DNA of 64,000 bases from Pocillopora damicornis (lineage: Eukaryota), in contig NW_020846501.1 of the NCBI RefSeq assembly GCF_003704095.1, forward strand, positions 310,001 to 374,000, read 5' to 3'. The translations under genes were made by a program, and so were the position numbers. Shown here in pieces: positions 34,195 through 47,428 of the stretch. Below the pieces are notes generated by a model that made no database searches, was not told where the DNA came from, and worked only from the letters and a program-made list of their open reading frames with translations. Every line of letters starts with the position of its first letter. Within the stretch, counting starts at the first letter, position 1.

Positions 34195-37100
34195 ATGACG
34201 TTAGCGAAAAGAACTGTAGAGCTTTTTTACGATGTTATTTCACCATATTCTTGGATCGCGTTTGAGGTAGGTGACCTAATTTCAGTAAGAATTTATTTTA
34301 TAGACTGCATTCGCGTCTCAACTGTTAAGAAAACGTTTTCAAGGACGGGCAGATTTTGTACAGCGAGAACCAGCTTCACTGCTTGATGAGCGCTCTTAGC
34401 TCACGGATATCTGGGGCGCGTTAGACGCTTTGAAGTATCGGAACAATGTCAGTATCTGAGCAACTGCACACCCATCCCCTCCCCTAACCCAAAAACTGTG
34501 CATCCACCCCTCCCTTAACCCAACATTAACCCCAGATTGTTCTCAGTTGACCGTTGTTGGGTTAGCCAGGGGAGGGGGAGTAGCAGGTGCCCTGTTGCTC
34601 AGATACTGATATCGATGCAAAGTATCAATAAGAAAGTACTGCATTTCTGGAAATGATTTAGGTCTGGTTGATTTTCTGATATCTTAATGTTACACAAATA
34701 CGAAAATGAGGAATATCCTTGTCAGGATACTAGGGTGGGGATATACAAAGAGCCAAAAAATTTCAGCAGGGGTGGGAAGGAGGGGATGGTTAGCCTGAGG
34801 GAAACCCCTTGCATAGCTTTCTGTCTCAGAGTGAGATGATGTGTTGGTTTAAATTAATTTCGTTAAATCTTCTAAGAAAAATACAAAATAGACTGGTACT
34901 GGAAAAGAAACTTTTTACAAATTCCTTATGAAAACAACTTTTGTATTCATTTATTGACAGGTCCTTTGTCGGTATAGACCCAAATGGAATTTAGACTTGC
35001 AATTCCGTCCTTTTTTTCTGGGAGGAATAATGGCAGGCTCAGGTATAAGATTATTGAGGTTCTTTTGATTTGTTGTTAAATTTTTTGCACACAACAGATG
35101 GGGGAATATAGATACAGGAGGGCATATTTCAAGTATAGTGTTTTTTTTTTTGGCACAATCCATTGATTCACATTACACTTAAGAAACTAATGCACCTTAT
35201 ATGAGTTTTCACATAATCATATATATTTATAGTTTTTGCTTCTGATCTATATGCAATAATGTAAGTATTTAAATTTGAACCAAATTTTTCTGTCATATGA
35301 TGGTGTAACTATGAAACAAGCATTTCGATGTAAAATAAGCATTTCAGAGTGACAGTTCATGACAAACTGAATTACTAAACTGTCAGTGGGTCCTCAATGT
35401 AAATTATGAAGACTCCTCTTTCATCCCTTTTACCGCAGCATCAGTATGCATATTCTCTATACTGTTCCCTATACACTTTTTAAGGTGTTGAAAAAGAGAA
35501 TTTGTCTTCCAATCAAAACCTTCTTGAGCTGATGATTTTTTCCCTTTTCTTATATATGATCTTAATGTGTGATTCAGGGGTGATATTGTAGGGCAAAATT
35601 AGATGCTAGTCTCTCCAAGGGGTCAAAGGGCAAACATCGGCAAAATACCTTACAACAGTCTCTCTTTCCTGTAATCTTTCTTACTTATGCCTGATGATAT
35701 TCCCATATTCCTATTTATGAAATGCGTAGGTAACAGACCTCCAGCAATGGTCCCAGCTAAAGGTGTTTACATGATGAAAGATATTCAACGAATGCAGGAG
35801 TATTATGGAATCCCTATTATTCCACCTTCTGTGAGTATCGATATCAAGATTTTATCTTTTAGATGAGTTGGTATAGAAACTGAGATCCAATGACTGTGTG
35901 GATCAGAAAAGAAGCATCTTTTGCCAAATTTTTTAAAATCTTTTTTTGTCAATAATATAATACTTTTGATATTGATCAAGAGATGTATGGATATTATCGG
36001 GAGAATTTGAATCACTTCTGGAAATTTAAGGGTTAAAATACATCGAAGGACTTGGTTCTCAAGAAAGGAAAACATGTTTCAATGTTGATATTATTAAATA
36101 CGTCAAGTCTTAAGAAATGGAAAGATGTGTGGAGTTGTTTTTCCAAACCATAATAACTGCTAAATTATTTTTTTAAGGCTCTGTATTTAAAATTAGTAAA
36201 GAAGCTGAATATACTTAGGTTTGCCAAAACTTTTTATTAACTTAAATGCCATGGGAGCATAGTCAAATCTGGACACTCTCTATAAGTGAAAGTCTGCTTG
36301 CTTCAATTATACTTATAATCTTGAGTCTTGAAAATGAACTTTAATTTTTTTTAAGAAAAATACTGGACCATGGTTCAGAGTATTGTTCACAAAAATGTAC
36401 ACAAACCCTCTGGTGACTTCAGTCTGTTAGTTAACCCTTTAACTCCCAAGATCTGATTGTTAATTNNNNNNNNNNNNNNNNNNNNNNNNNNNNNNNNNNN
36501 NNNNNNNNNNNNNNNNNNNNNNNNNNNNNNNNNNNNNNNNNNNNNNNNNNNNNNNNNNNNNNNNNTCTTGATGCGTTGTTAATAGGTGTGCACAAAAGTT
36601 GGATTAAGTGCAGATGAAACTCAGGCTCTCATTAGTAAGACTAAAGACCAGGAAATCAAGGATACTTTGAAGGAGACCACACAGAAGGCTCTTGATTTAG
36701 GGGTTAGTACGTTAACAAATCGGTGGGATTATGTGGTTACAAACAAGATAATTTCAATTGATTTTATCCAATGAGTTGTAATGTAAATTAGCAGCCGTGA
36801 AGGGTTACTGAAATTGACATTTGAAGCGTTAACCCTTGGTCAGTGAGAATAGCCCCAGAAACTCTTCACAGTGGCTAATTTACGTTATAAACTTAGTTAA
36901 CAAAACAGAATTATCTTGTTTTGCAATCCACCGACGCAGTACCATGGTTTAATTTTCTTAGAAACCTAGCCCTGTTATTTGATTGTAGAGTTGTTAGTGG
37001 ACTGAGTCCTTAGCATAGGCTTGAGTGTGGGATTGATACAGAATAGGTTAGCTGTGTTATCTTAGATTTGTTTGGAACAATTCTACTGAAATGTAGGCAA

Positions 37101-37370
37101 ATCTATAGGACTGTCAATTTTGATTTCAGGCCTTTGGAGCTCCGCTGATTGTCGCCCATGTCAATGATGAGCCTCACACGTTTTTTGGCTCTGACAGATT
37201 TCTCCTGATTGCCCACTTGCTAGGTAAGTTCACAATATAACTATTGTAACTTGAATCTTTTGACTGGCTGGGCCGTCTTTTTTATATTTAAAGCTTGTTC
37301 ATTTTTGTCTTTTTTTCCTCTAGGAGTGGAATGGGAAGGTCCATTGAGGTCTCAAAACTCGAAACTTTAA
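34195..37370 (+). CDS. GSTK1: Glutathione S-transferase kappa 1 (middle exons missing, probably in gap 36466-36565)
   Basis: Exons 34195-34266, 34961-35042, 35730-35830, [gap], 36586-36702, 37130-37223, 37324-37370. ELFYDVISPYSW, LGGIMAGSGNRPP, GAFGAP, FFGSDRF, WEGP. Confidence 0.92.
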
Positions 37371-38223
37371 CATTAGTCTCAAACTGTAACTGAACCAACC
37401 GGGAATGTTTTGCAACCTGGACTCACTGTTTGATCTTGAATACCAAAACGATCAAAGAAGTCCCGATGAAGTAAAACCGTTTTCAAGCTTCCAGGAAAAT
37501 GAAAACAACCTTAAACTCTCTATAATGATAATGCAATGTACACTGTGGAATAAATGTTCTCGCACATGGTAGACTTTCTGAAGCTTCTGAACCGCCAATA
37601 GATCCAACAGCCAAATATGATTGAACAAACCTTTGAGATATTTTGTATGTCACCCATTTCTCACTTAAACCCTTTCCTTACTAATATCTCGATGAAAAGC
37701 CTCCTTACTCTCTGTAATACATTTCTTTCAAAGTTTGTTTTAAGAATTTGGTGTTGGATCAAATGATAATACCCTCGTTCTTATTTTTCTTTATTCTCAT
37801 CACTTGTCTACTTGCTATTGTATTAATATTGTAAGGGGGAATTCTCGTTTGGTCACTTATTGGAGTAAAAAAGTTAAACAAGCATTACGGTTGTTGTAGA
37901 AGCCGTAAGTTCCAAATAAAACACTTTGAATTAAAAATAAACTGGTGAGAAAGATGTGTTTAATCACAATGTAGTGGATTGTTATATATTTTACATTAAG
38001 AACACACTTTTTTCTTGTTTTCTTATGTATTTCACGCAGTACGTATCTATGCAGCTTCTTTTTTTTTTTTGAATTGTTCTTCTTCTTCTTTTTTTTTTTT
38101 GACAAACGCCCTTTGAAACAGGACCAAGGTAGACGTGTAAAATCGGAGGCCAGCCGGGAAACATTTCTTCAAATTCATCATATTGGTTCTCGTGTTGAAT
38201 CCTTTTTATATATATTTCTATTT

Positions 38224-38303
38224 CAGTTCAAAATGACTAAAATGAAACACGCATTATTCCACACAGGGAATCATGCGTGTTTCATTTTAGTCATTTTGAA
38301 CTG
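38224..38303. repeat. 31-bp perfect inverted repeat (hairpin)
   Basis: cagttcaaaatgactaaaatgaaacacgcat [18 nt] atgcgtgtttcattttagtcattttgaactg. Confidence 0.9.
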
Positions 38304-38609
38304 TATTTCGCTTTAACCTCATGTGTATCGAGCACTTTCCAACAGCATTTGCTACAATTTCCATAATTATATTTCTATTTCAAAGTTCAGCGGGCGAGTT
38401 CCTCGCAGCTTCGAATTTCATGATTGGGCAAATGCCCGACGTACAAAGTATCTCGGAGATCGTATTTCAACTGGGCACGACTGTAGTGATTCAAATGAAG
38501 TCTTATTTACAGTTGGTGTGATTTTTCAGAAAGGGGCATATCTCTAAGGACCACAGAGAAGAGGTCCCATAAATCAAGGGGCTTAGGAAGAGGACGACGC
38601 ACGCAGAGG

Positions 38610-41600
38610 TTAGTAATGATGATAGGAGGGTTTTATAACCAGCCGCGGTGATTTGTACCCAGTAGGGATAGGTGATATACTGTTTGGTTGTGAGCGAGTG
38701 TTGATTTGAGATGAAGAGCTCTGCTTCTTCCAATCTTCAGATGTCTCGGGAATGTCGGTTTTTCTTCGAGTTTCCTCGTCAATCGGTGGGGATCTGCTTT
38801 CCATGTCCTCGATACATATGGACTTTGTGCGTCTTCTTTCCGAGCCGACAGTATTGGGGGAATCCCCCTTAAAATTATTTGTGGATCGAACAAAACTCCC
38901 ATTTTTTCGCTCAGTCGCGGGCCTCTCTTCAGGAATTTCAGTTTTTCTTCGTTCTTTAGTCACTTCTTTCTTCATCTTTTTCTTATTTTTAGTTTCGTCT
39001 TGTATTGCAGGCGTTCTTTGCGACGTCGTTGTTACAGCGGTGATATCTGAACTGAAATCTTGTGATTTACTATGTGACTCTTCATCTGATGAAGGCTCGG
39101 GATTTTCAGATTTTCTTTTCTTTCTCTCCTTTTCTTTTCTTTTCTTCTTTTTCTTTGTCTTGGTCTCGTTATTTTGTGATGCAACACACCTGTCACTCTG
39201 TTCTTCAGATGTACCTATCGCTACAGTCAATCCATCCTTTAAGTCCAGAATAGAATTTGCCTTTTGTTCCTTGGACGAATCATCCGAATCAACCACTTTT
39301 GTCTTCGTTTCCTTCTCAGCTTTCTCTTTCTTCTTCTTCTTTTTCTTCTTCTTTTCCGTAGCAGCAGTATTCTTATCCTCAGTGACTTGTTCAGCAACTG
39401 GTTCATCCATTGTGGTTCTAGCCACTTCCGGACGGCTTTCCCCAAATCTAGTGGGCTCTGCTGTAGATTTTCTCCGCTCGTTCAAAGGCGTAGTTGGCTT
39501 TACACGGATTTTTGTCACGCTTTCTTCAGAGTCCTCTTTCACCCCTGTAATCGCGGCAACGGAAACAGAGTTTTTCATTTTCGCCGTGGGAGTAGCTGAT
39601 AGTCCACTCCCCTTCATTTTTTCCTTCCCAGAACTCTCCGCATCACTGATTCCAATTTCTTCCGCACAAGGCGAATGTCTAGAACCTCCTAAAGTTGACG
39701 CCATAGTGGCCTTTTTCCCTTTAGAGTAAGTGTCTTTCGGGGTAACAAGTCTCCTCTCAAAAGCTGGGGGAGGCTTTCCACTATTCTCGTTCAAGTTCTG
39801 CTCCGTCTTAGACTTGTTTGGACTCTTGACTTCCCGCGCGGAACCTTTTCGAATCCCTTCGTCTTCGCCAACGGGAATTATGGAAGACCTCTTGGAATTT
39901 TTCACACCGTTTGAAGGCGACAAAAAGTTTTTCACCTTCTTCTGCTTCTCTTGTTTTTTGTCCTTGGCAGGCAGGAAAACCGTGTCTTCACTGGCGTCCA
40001 AGCTTAAATCGGAGGAAGCAATGGAGCTCTTCCTTTGTTCATTAACATTACTTGCATTCACGGATAGCTTTGCATTTCTTTCAGCAGGTGTAGGTGATTT
40101 TGAATTTCCTCCCGGCTTCCTATGAAAAACTGGAGAACTACTTTCAGTTGCTTCTTCGTTCTCGATAAAAGCTGGGTTTGTAATACCTGGCGAATAAGGC
40201 GGGCTAGAATGGGAAGGACGAATTACTCGTTCATCATCGCTATTCAAAATGTCGCTCAAGGTGTCATCGTCTAAATTCGAAATGCTTCCGCTATCAGTAA
40301 TCCGCTTGTCCTCAATATCAGAGTCGTCATCGTCTAGAATGAGTCTTGGAGGAGTCCGCTGATTATGTAGCTCAGTAGGTTCGTAGGCCGGCACAAGGGA
40401 CCTCACGGGGTAGCCTGGGGGCCACTGCTTTTTACCCTCGACGTTGTTTCGAGGCAAGTTCAGCGAAGATGAAGCGCTCCCATTGGCTGAATGAATGAAA
40501 ATATCGAAAGGCTTTAGGTGACGTAGATTGCATGGCAATATACAGCTGTTTTTAATTGGGTTTCGAAAGTAATCTTAGATTATCTGGGTAATTTGATATT
40601 ATCAACTGAGTTGATTACGTCAATTGACCACCGTTAAGAGTTTCAAAGCTGACGTTGGCGAACGAATAGCGAACGCACGAAATGTCAGCTTTGAAACTCT
40701 TTAGGGTGGCCCATTTTCGCTATCAACTCAGTTGATAATGACCAAATTACCCTGTCATCCTCTCCCGTCACGCAGCACCACAGTTTCTTTGGAAACTTAC
40801 CCCCTTTCATCTGAGATTACATTGGTTTTGCTTCACAACGCTCTGTGAAAAACCTTGAACCTACGCACGAGCGGAATCATTCGATAAAGAAACAGGTTGG
40901 TGCGCAAATCTCGTGATCTTGTCGGGGAAAATGCATTAACCGTGAACATCGTAAGATGGGTTTTAGCAGGTGTGGCTTAGTGAAAAGATAGCAACATGTT
41001 ACCGGTCTTAGTTTTCAACCAGGAAAGAGTGCAGTGTCGTGCGATAACTGTGCCTGCTTCGTGTCCAATAAATACTACAATGAAAGTTCACTAGGTATGT
41101 ACGTTGCAAAAAGACTTGAATCCGAACCTTAGTCTGACTTACATTCAAACTCTTTTTAGACTCTATAGATTTATATTTTCACGTACGTCCACAATGCCAG
41201 GAACGACTAATGTTAAGAAAACTTGCCAGTGTGAACAGAGTTTTTTTATTTTTACATACCTGAGACACGCTCATTTTCTTCCATGGCTTCCTTAATTTTC
41301 ATTTGCTTCAGTTGCTGGTCTGTTTTGTGATTCAAACGGTTGCTGTTGATCGGTGTAAATTTCTTTTTAGACAAAAGCCAGGATTGTTTGATAAGCTGCC
41401 ATAAAACACACAAAGTAACGAGTCCCAAGATGGAAGCGCCTGCATAAATCATCGGCTTCAAGTCCATATCAATGGGCGGGATCCCCTCTGTCGGAGGGAG
41501 GGGTGGAGGTGAAGGCGTGGGCGCTTCGTGCAGATCATATGAGTCACCATACATGGCGGACAACATAAAGGATGAATAAATGGTAGTTCCATCCCATAAC

Positions 41601-44600
41601 GGAAAAACGAGAGAACTGTTAACTTGTAACTGTCTTAGTAAGTCAAGGGATAGTTCAAGCGCAGTATCGTTTCTTCCGTAGATTGTGATATTGGCAGCTA
41701 AACTGTCGCAGTCCTCCTCGATCATATAGTAGCGGTCTGTGTTGTGATAGTTAAATTGCTTCTCATTTTTTTTCTTGTTACTTCCTTTCATCCGACCTCC
41801 CACTGCCAGGCGCTTCGCGCGATGATGTGCCCTGATGCTTGTCACGTCCACCCCGCAGTATGGCCGCTGACCAGTGGCACAGCTCGTGTTGGTCACTGTG
41901 ATCTGACTCGGTGGAATGCTTGTGAGGCTTGTAATTCCTTTTCCCAATGAGTTTGTCAAGTTTTCTTGAAAATTTTTAATCTGATTACAGTCTAGCACAA
42001 ATACCAGCAGCAACGTGAAGTTCCAAGTTGGTTGTGCTATAACTGGTGGGGCTGCAAAACGACAAAAAAAAGAGAATGAATTTTGGCTTCCAGGCTCAAA
42101 GCAAAGTGGTCGGTAAACGAAATGGACACTATCTTGAGTGCTAAAAGGAATGTATTCATTCTCTGCTGTTTGAAGTTTGCTGACCGTGTAAAAAACGGAA
42201 AAAAGAAAACGAAAAACAATTTCATTCTTGTATTTTTAAGGAAAGAGTCTTAAAGAATCGATTCTGCTGAGCTTTGAAAAAAAAATATTCCAGTCACTAT
42301 TTTGCATTAAATTTGGAAAAACTCAAGGTTGGTGCCTAGTTTTTACTGCTCTCTCGAATCCAGTCTTTGCATCTTTCCGAGAAGAGACTTTCAGTTAACT
42401 TACAATATCTATTGTTTACAGCTTTTGTCATGTTCTGTGAATTGCCTGAGAAGAGACTTTCAGTTGAGGAGCGTGGCTCACCTTCTGCGAGACAGCAGCT
42501 CGCTAATCTACTTACAAGATCTGTTGTTTACAGCTTTTAGCATGTTCTGTGAATTGCCTGAGAAGAGACTTTCAGTTGAGATGCGTGGCTCACTTTCCGC
42601 GCGACAGCAGCTCGCTAATTAACTTACAAGATCTATTGTTTACAACTTTTGTGATGTTCTGTGAACTGTCAGGCTGAAAGTCTTTTTAGATTTGGTGATG
42701 AAACTACAAGTTCCGTCCCTTTGTGTGTTGGCCCCACTGAATGGAAACATTTGTATTTTATTCGAACTCGGATTTTACTGCTGCTCAAACATTCTCTTTG
42801 GATTTTTTTAATGTTTGTTTATTCTGTATTCTTTTTTTTCGGCAAATACTTCAAGAACGCCGAGATAACCAAATACAGACTTGTACTCGATTTCGTCCTA
42901 AGTCAGCCAAATTTAGCCAAACAGGTTTCTTCATTTTTAAAACAACGCCTACTTTGTAGGAAACTTCTTTTTGTAAAAACAAAGTAAAAAAAAAAACAAT
43001 ACTTTTTCCTTACCTGTTACAGGTGAAATTGAAATGTTGTGACACTTGTCACAGCAGTAGGTTGTATTTAGGGGACAAATACAGCAGGCCCACTGAGACG
43101 CACTCTCATTAGATGCACCTGTCAGGTTCACAAAAGTCTGCTGGTTAAGAGTACTGCAGGCTGAGCTGCTATTGGTTCGACATTGGCAGGCGTTATTCTC
43201 CACAAGACATGGGTTGGCTGAGATCAAACCGTTACAGGAACCCTATGGAAATATTGATTAGCTGTTAATTGCTTAAAACTTAATTGTCACCATTTTTCAA
43301 GTTTTTCACAGTTCTTTTCCTCGAGTTTCCTCGAGACTGTGAAAACAAACCTTTCAGTAGCTATAGTTTTCGTTTGTTTGTTTGTCCCTTCATGCTAGGG
43401 AAACTGGGATAAGCTCCGGCCGAGTGTGCCACATGGCTTAGTACAGACGTAATGGAATAAAAGCTGCCCCTTGGGGGAACGAATTAATAATGAAGTGAAA
43501 CTGCCCCTTGGGGGAACGAATTAAGTCGTTTCTTCGATTTGGGGTTTGAACCAATACAACTTTATTATAGCGAACCAGCATTAATGCATCTTCTTCTTCT
43601 GTTATTCTTTTGACAACAATATTTATTTTTAAGAACTATCACTCAGAAATTGAAGTTTCCCCCTGAATATTTTTTTTCTCAATTTATCTGAAACACCGTT
43701 TTTCCGTGTCTCCAAAAAGATTCCCCGAGCAAAATAAAATTAAACGCATGTACATGTTATGAAAATTTAGCCTTGGGTTATAATGCCCTTAACATAACTG
43801 TTATTCCAATTAATTATATATGACTTGTAGGACAAGGCTAATTCAGCTGCGACTTCCATTCTAAAGCGCACCACGATAAAATATTAAATATCTGCTTTTC
43901 AACAGAAAAATGGGCGTCGTTTTATTAGGAGCGCGTAAGTTCGAGTGCTAAAAAAAAATATTGCGAGTCAAAACACCGCAATGGATGTTTGCTTTCTATC
44001 GATTTCTAAATTAAGAGATAATTTTTAAATCAGATGCAGCGCAAGCAAACTTTGAAACTGCCAAATGCGCTTTTTCAATCAAGTTTAGAAGGATTATTCG
44101 TATTACACCTTTTATGAATAATAACATTTATAATAACCTTGCCAATTTTTTTTGTTAACAAAAAGGTTTTTGGTCGACTCATTCAAATAGAAAAATCGTC
44201 TGCATTAGTATTGATACTAATACGATACGATACAAGACCATCGGATAACTTTAACCTTCTAAGTCCTTTTCGCGCCGGTAATCTCCTTAATGAAGAAAGT
44301 GATCGACCTAACCGCAAATAGCTGCTCGGTAATATAAACCCGAAATATAAAAACACCGAACGATTTTCTCAACTGATAATGTCAGCTGCCTTATCAATAC
44401 GTGTATTTTGTTCGCTGAAATTAATTTTACTCGGCATTCGCGTTAACTTTTCTTTTCTTATGAATTGCGACAAATTTTTTAGTGCACTAATTATGATTGT
44501 ACATGTCCTATTATCTCGTTCAATTTCCCAGCTTAAGCTTAGCTTAGATAATCCATTTTTACGAGTCCGCAGATCTTAGATGCATTTTGAGTATATCTAG

Positions 44601-47428
44601 TTACTTGACAACGTTTTGATTACAATTCAGTCGAAACAATCATGATAATGTACTGTGTACCCAAACGTGAAACCTCATCACAATTATTCGATACAAATCG
44701 ACTCATGAAAGTCAAATTTTTCACGTCACATTTTCTGTTCGTTTGACTCACCACGTATCCCTGTAAATATCTAACTATTTCAAACCGAGAAAAGAGGGAC
44801 TAAAATTCATTTTCCACGTTCAAATTTGAGTGCACTCGACCCTTAAATGGCAAATTCGTTCGCGCGTAATTAGGTTACATCTGTCTCACCAACACAACAA
44901 AAGAGAAGGAGAATTACTTCCACAGCCGCCGTGAACCGTCTGTTTCAAGCAAGAAATAATGTGCTTTTACGTAATTTTCTGTTCACGAATAAAGCTTTTC
45001 TGACAAGTTGTTTGTGCGGGCAATAAGACCTTGCGCTTGAAATGACGCTTTTAATTAGTTGTAAAATTTTACGTCGGCTAACGTTCGCAAAAGTAATGAT
45101 CGGGACATTAAAAAGCACATCAGAAAACTGAACACACCGAGCATTTTTCGCTACGTGAATTAAATACGCAAATTCAAGGGAACTCGGCTTTAACGTGGCA
45201 AAGCGTTAGATCACATTTGCTAAGGCAAAGCAAATTGTACCCCAAGGTGCTGGAATAAATCCATGAACATGTTTGTTTGTGAACCGATATGGTTCATGAC
45301 GCAAAATTATATATGTCAAATTTAAGTCTTTGAATCCTTAAGGTTCGTTCTGTATTTAAATGGCGTGCGAATAAAATTCTGGACCAGATGAGAGCAAAAC
45401 ATTACATTTTCCATAGTTTTATTCCCCCTTGTTCCCTGAATGTTTGTTTTTTTTCGAGAGCTGAATTTCTTTCTTAATTCGTCAGCTTCACAGCCTGATT
45501 TACGGATTAAAAAATAATTTTGCTTAAAAATCACAATCGAAAGATAACTATCTATGTGCAGTTCTGAGAAAAGTTTTATGAATACCTGAGGGCAGGAATG
45601 AAATATTTCTGAATCCAGCGTCGAACAACCCAAAAACACCATGACCACTACAGCTAAATAAATAAAGAAAAAAATGAATTGACGGGTTAGTTGAAAAGAC
45701 TAAAACTCAGTCGTTATTTGGTTACTTAAATTCTATGAACTCAATTTTATGTATGGAAAAAAATAATAATGAAGGAAAAAAGTAGGTTTAAGTTCAGCTT
45801 TTACCATTTCGAAGGAGAAAGTGATTATAGCAAGACATTATTCTGCGGGCAGCTGCTAAATGCCGAGTGCTTCGTTCTTCAAATCAGTTGGACGCCATCG
45901 GAAAATGCTGTCTCTCTCAATTTCCTTTTTAGCCAGACAGTGTTATCGCAGACTTGAGACCTCAACCAAGCGTACAATAAATGAAGTAATCTGGATTCCC
46001 TGAAAACGAAATTAAAATCCCCAAATCTTTGTCAGTTCATTGGTTCGTCGTGAAAGGGACAGCTTTTCATTGGCTACTGACTTTTGTTTTGACTGACGAG
46101 GGTGCATCTGAAAGATGCTGTCTACTTCGAAACTTTCTCGTGTCAGTTAATCCCAGCTGAGAAAACACAGTTTAGTTCACCCTCTCTTCTCTCTTATTGC
46201 TTGACTACCGACGTGGAACTGCGAAGTAAAACAGGAAAGGAAGGCTGTGAATGTAATCTGAAAATCTCTGACGGTAATTTCATGCTTTCTTTCGATCCCT
46301 CACCTTGTCGATAATATTGTCACAGGGCTTTTGTGTAATGCCACTTGTCATTCAGCGCTGTCATTGTTGAGTCTCCACGCTTTAGACAAATGGGTTCGTT
46401 ATCCAGTTTTATTCATAAGTAAACAGTCAAAATAATGTCTCACCTATTGAATTTTAAAGACGTGACTTGAATTGAAAACAAACTGTTTCGTGATCTTCTC
46501 TCATCGAAAATGCCACCAATATTGCTAGTTTTTTTTAATTCTTTTTTTCAGTGCAGTGACAAGTGATTCCCTTTCTCAACCACTTTGTACTAGTAGTGTT
46601 TTTAAACGAACAAATGCAAAATGATAATTTAAGGGCTACATCCATTGTACATCAGGGGTTTTAGTGTTAATTCTACGTACTGTATCGGAGTAAAACAACG
46701 ATACACTTCCAATTCCTTAAAGGTGTATAAACTGACACATTTACACTGACATTTTTTTTATCATAATTTGTCGTTGAGTCGTCTGACATCTAGCTTTCAT
46801 TTGGACATCTCTCGGGGTTAAAAATGGACGGACAAAATTCTTTGAGGCTGGATCGAATTAGGAACCTTTTCCACGGAAATTCCAAATGTAATTTACGTGT
46901 CAGCTTAGAATCTTTATCGTCTCTTGTTATGACACCTTCCAAATTTCGATAAAAAAAAAACTTTCCGCGTTCTGAGATTGAAATGTCGCAGTTTGCCTAA
47001 CGCACGTTCATAGATGTTATTTTTTTTAATGTTTCGTACGTTATTCGTCCCCGAATAAGCTCCATGTTTTGTCGATTTTCTCCACACCTTTCGTCATATT
47101 TCTACTCTTTATAGGTTAACATAAGAGGAGTCTGTTTTTAGGCACGATTTTCAATCCGTGTTACACAAGACAACTTTTGACGCAAATCTTTTGCAACTAG
47201 TACTGGCGACAAAATTATATTACAGGAAAAAAACTTAAATTATTCTGGCTACATCCAACTCTTTGAATCGCCTCCTAAAACTTGAGCTATATAACCTCTG
47301 ATAAAATGTTAAGTCAAGATGCTCGTTATCTGTCAATCGCCACCGCATGCAAGACTCGACTGCTGTAATATCACCGAGCGGCCACGCACATCTTAAAACT
47401 AGTAAAATAAACAAACTGACTCACTCAT
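38610..47428 (-). CDS. Uncharacterised type-I membrane protein, ~989 aa (Cys-rich domain, SEA-like region with furin-type site, TM, Lys/Glu/Ser-rich tail)
   Basis: Exons (47428-47425, tentative), 45653-45586, 43242-43014, 42051-41260, 40486-38610 join in phase (2970 nt) with GT-AG sites. TM is MIYAGASILGLVTLCVLWQLI. Confidence 0.7.
40585..40800. mobile_element. Inverted pair of Penelope-like terminal remnants
   Basis: tatcaactgagttgat...aagagtttcaaagctgacgtt mirrored by aatgtcagctttgaaactctt...tatcaactcagttgataa. Confidence 0.6.
42375..42668 (+). repeat. Intronic tandem repeat, ~112-bp unit
   Basis: gagaagagactttcagtt at ~42379, ~42448 and ~42560, with shared ttacaagatctattgtttaca blocks. 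Confidence 0.85.

Noticed and set aside
38752-40125. 325-aa and 131-aa + strand ORFs rich in Phe/Ser
   Set aside because: Antisense shadows of the Lys/Glu-rich minus-strand exon; no independent signals.
46086-46135. Possible hammerhead (ctgacga...gaaa)
   Set aside because: Stem II is weak and helix I is out of register with the cleavage site; likely chance.
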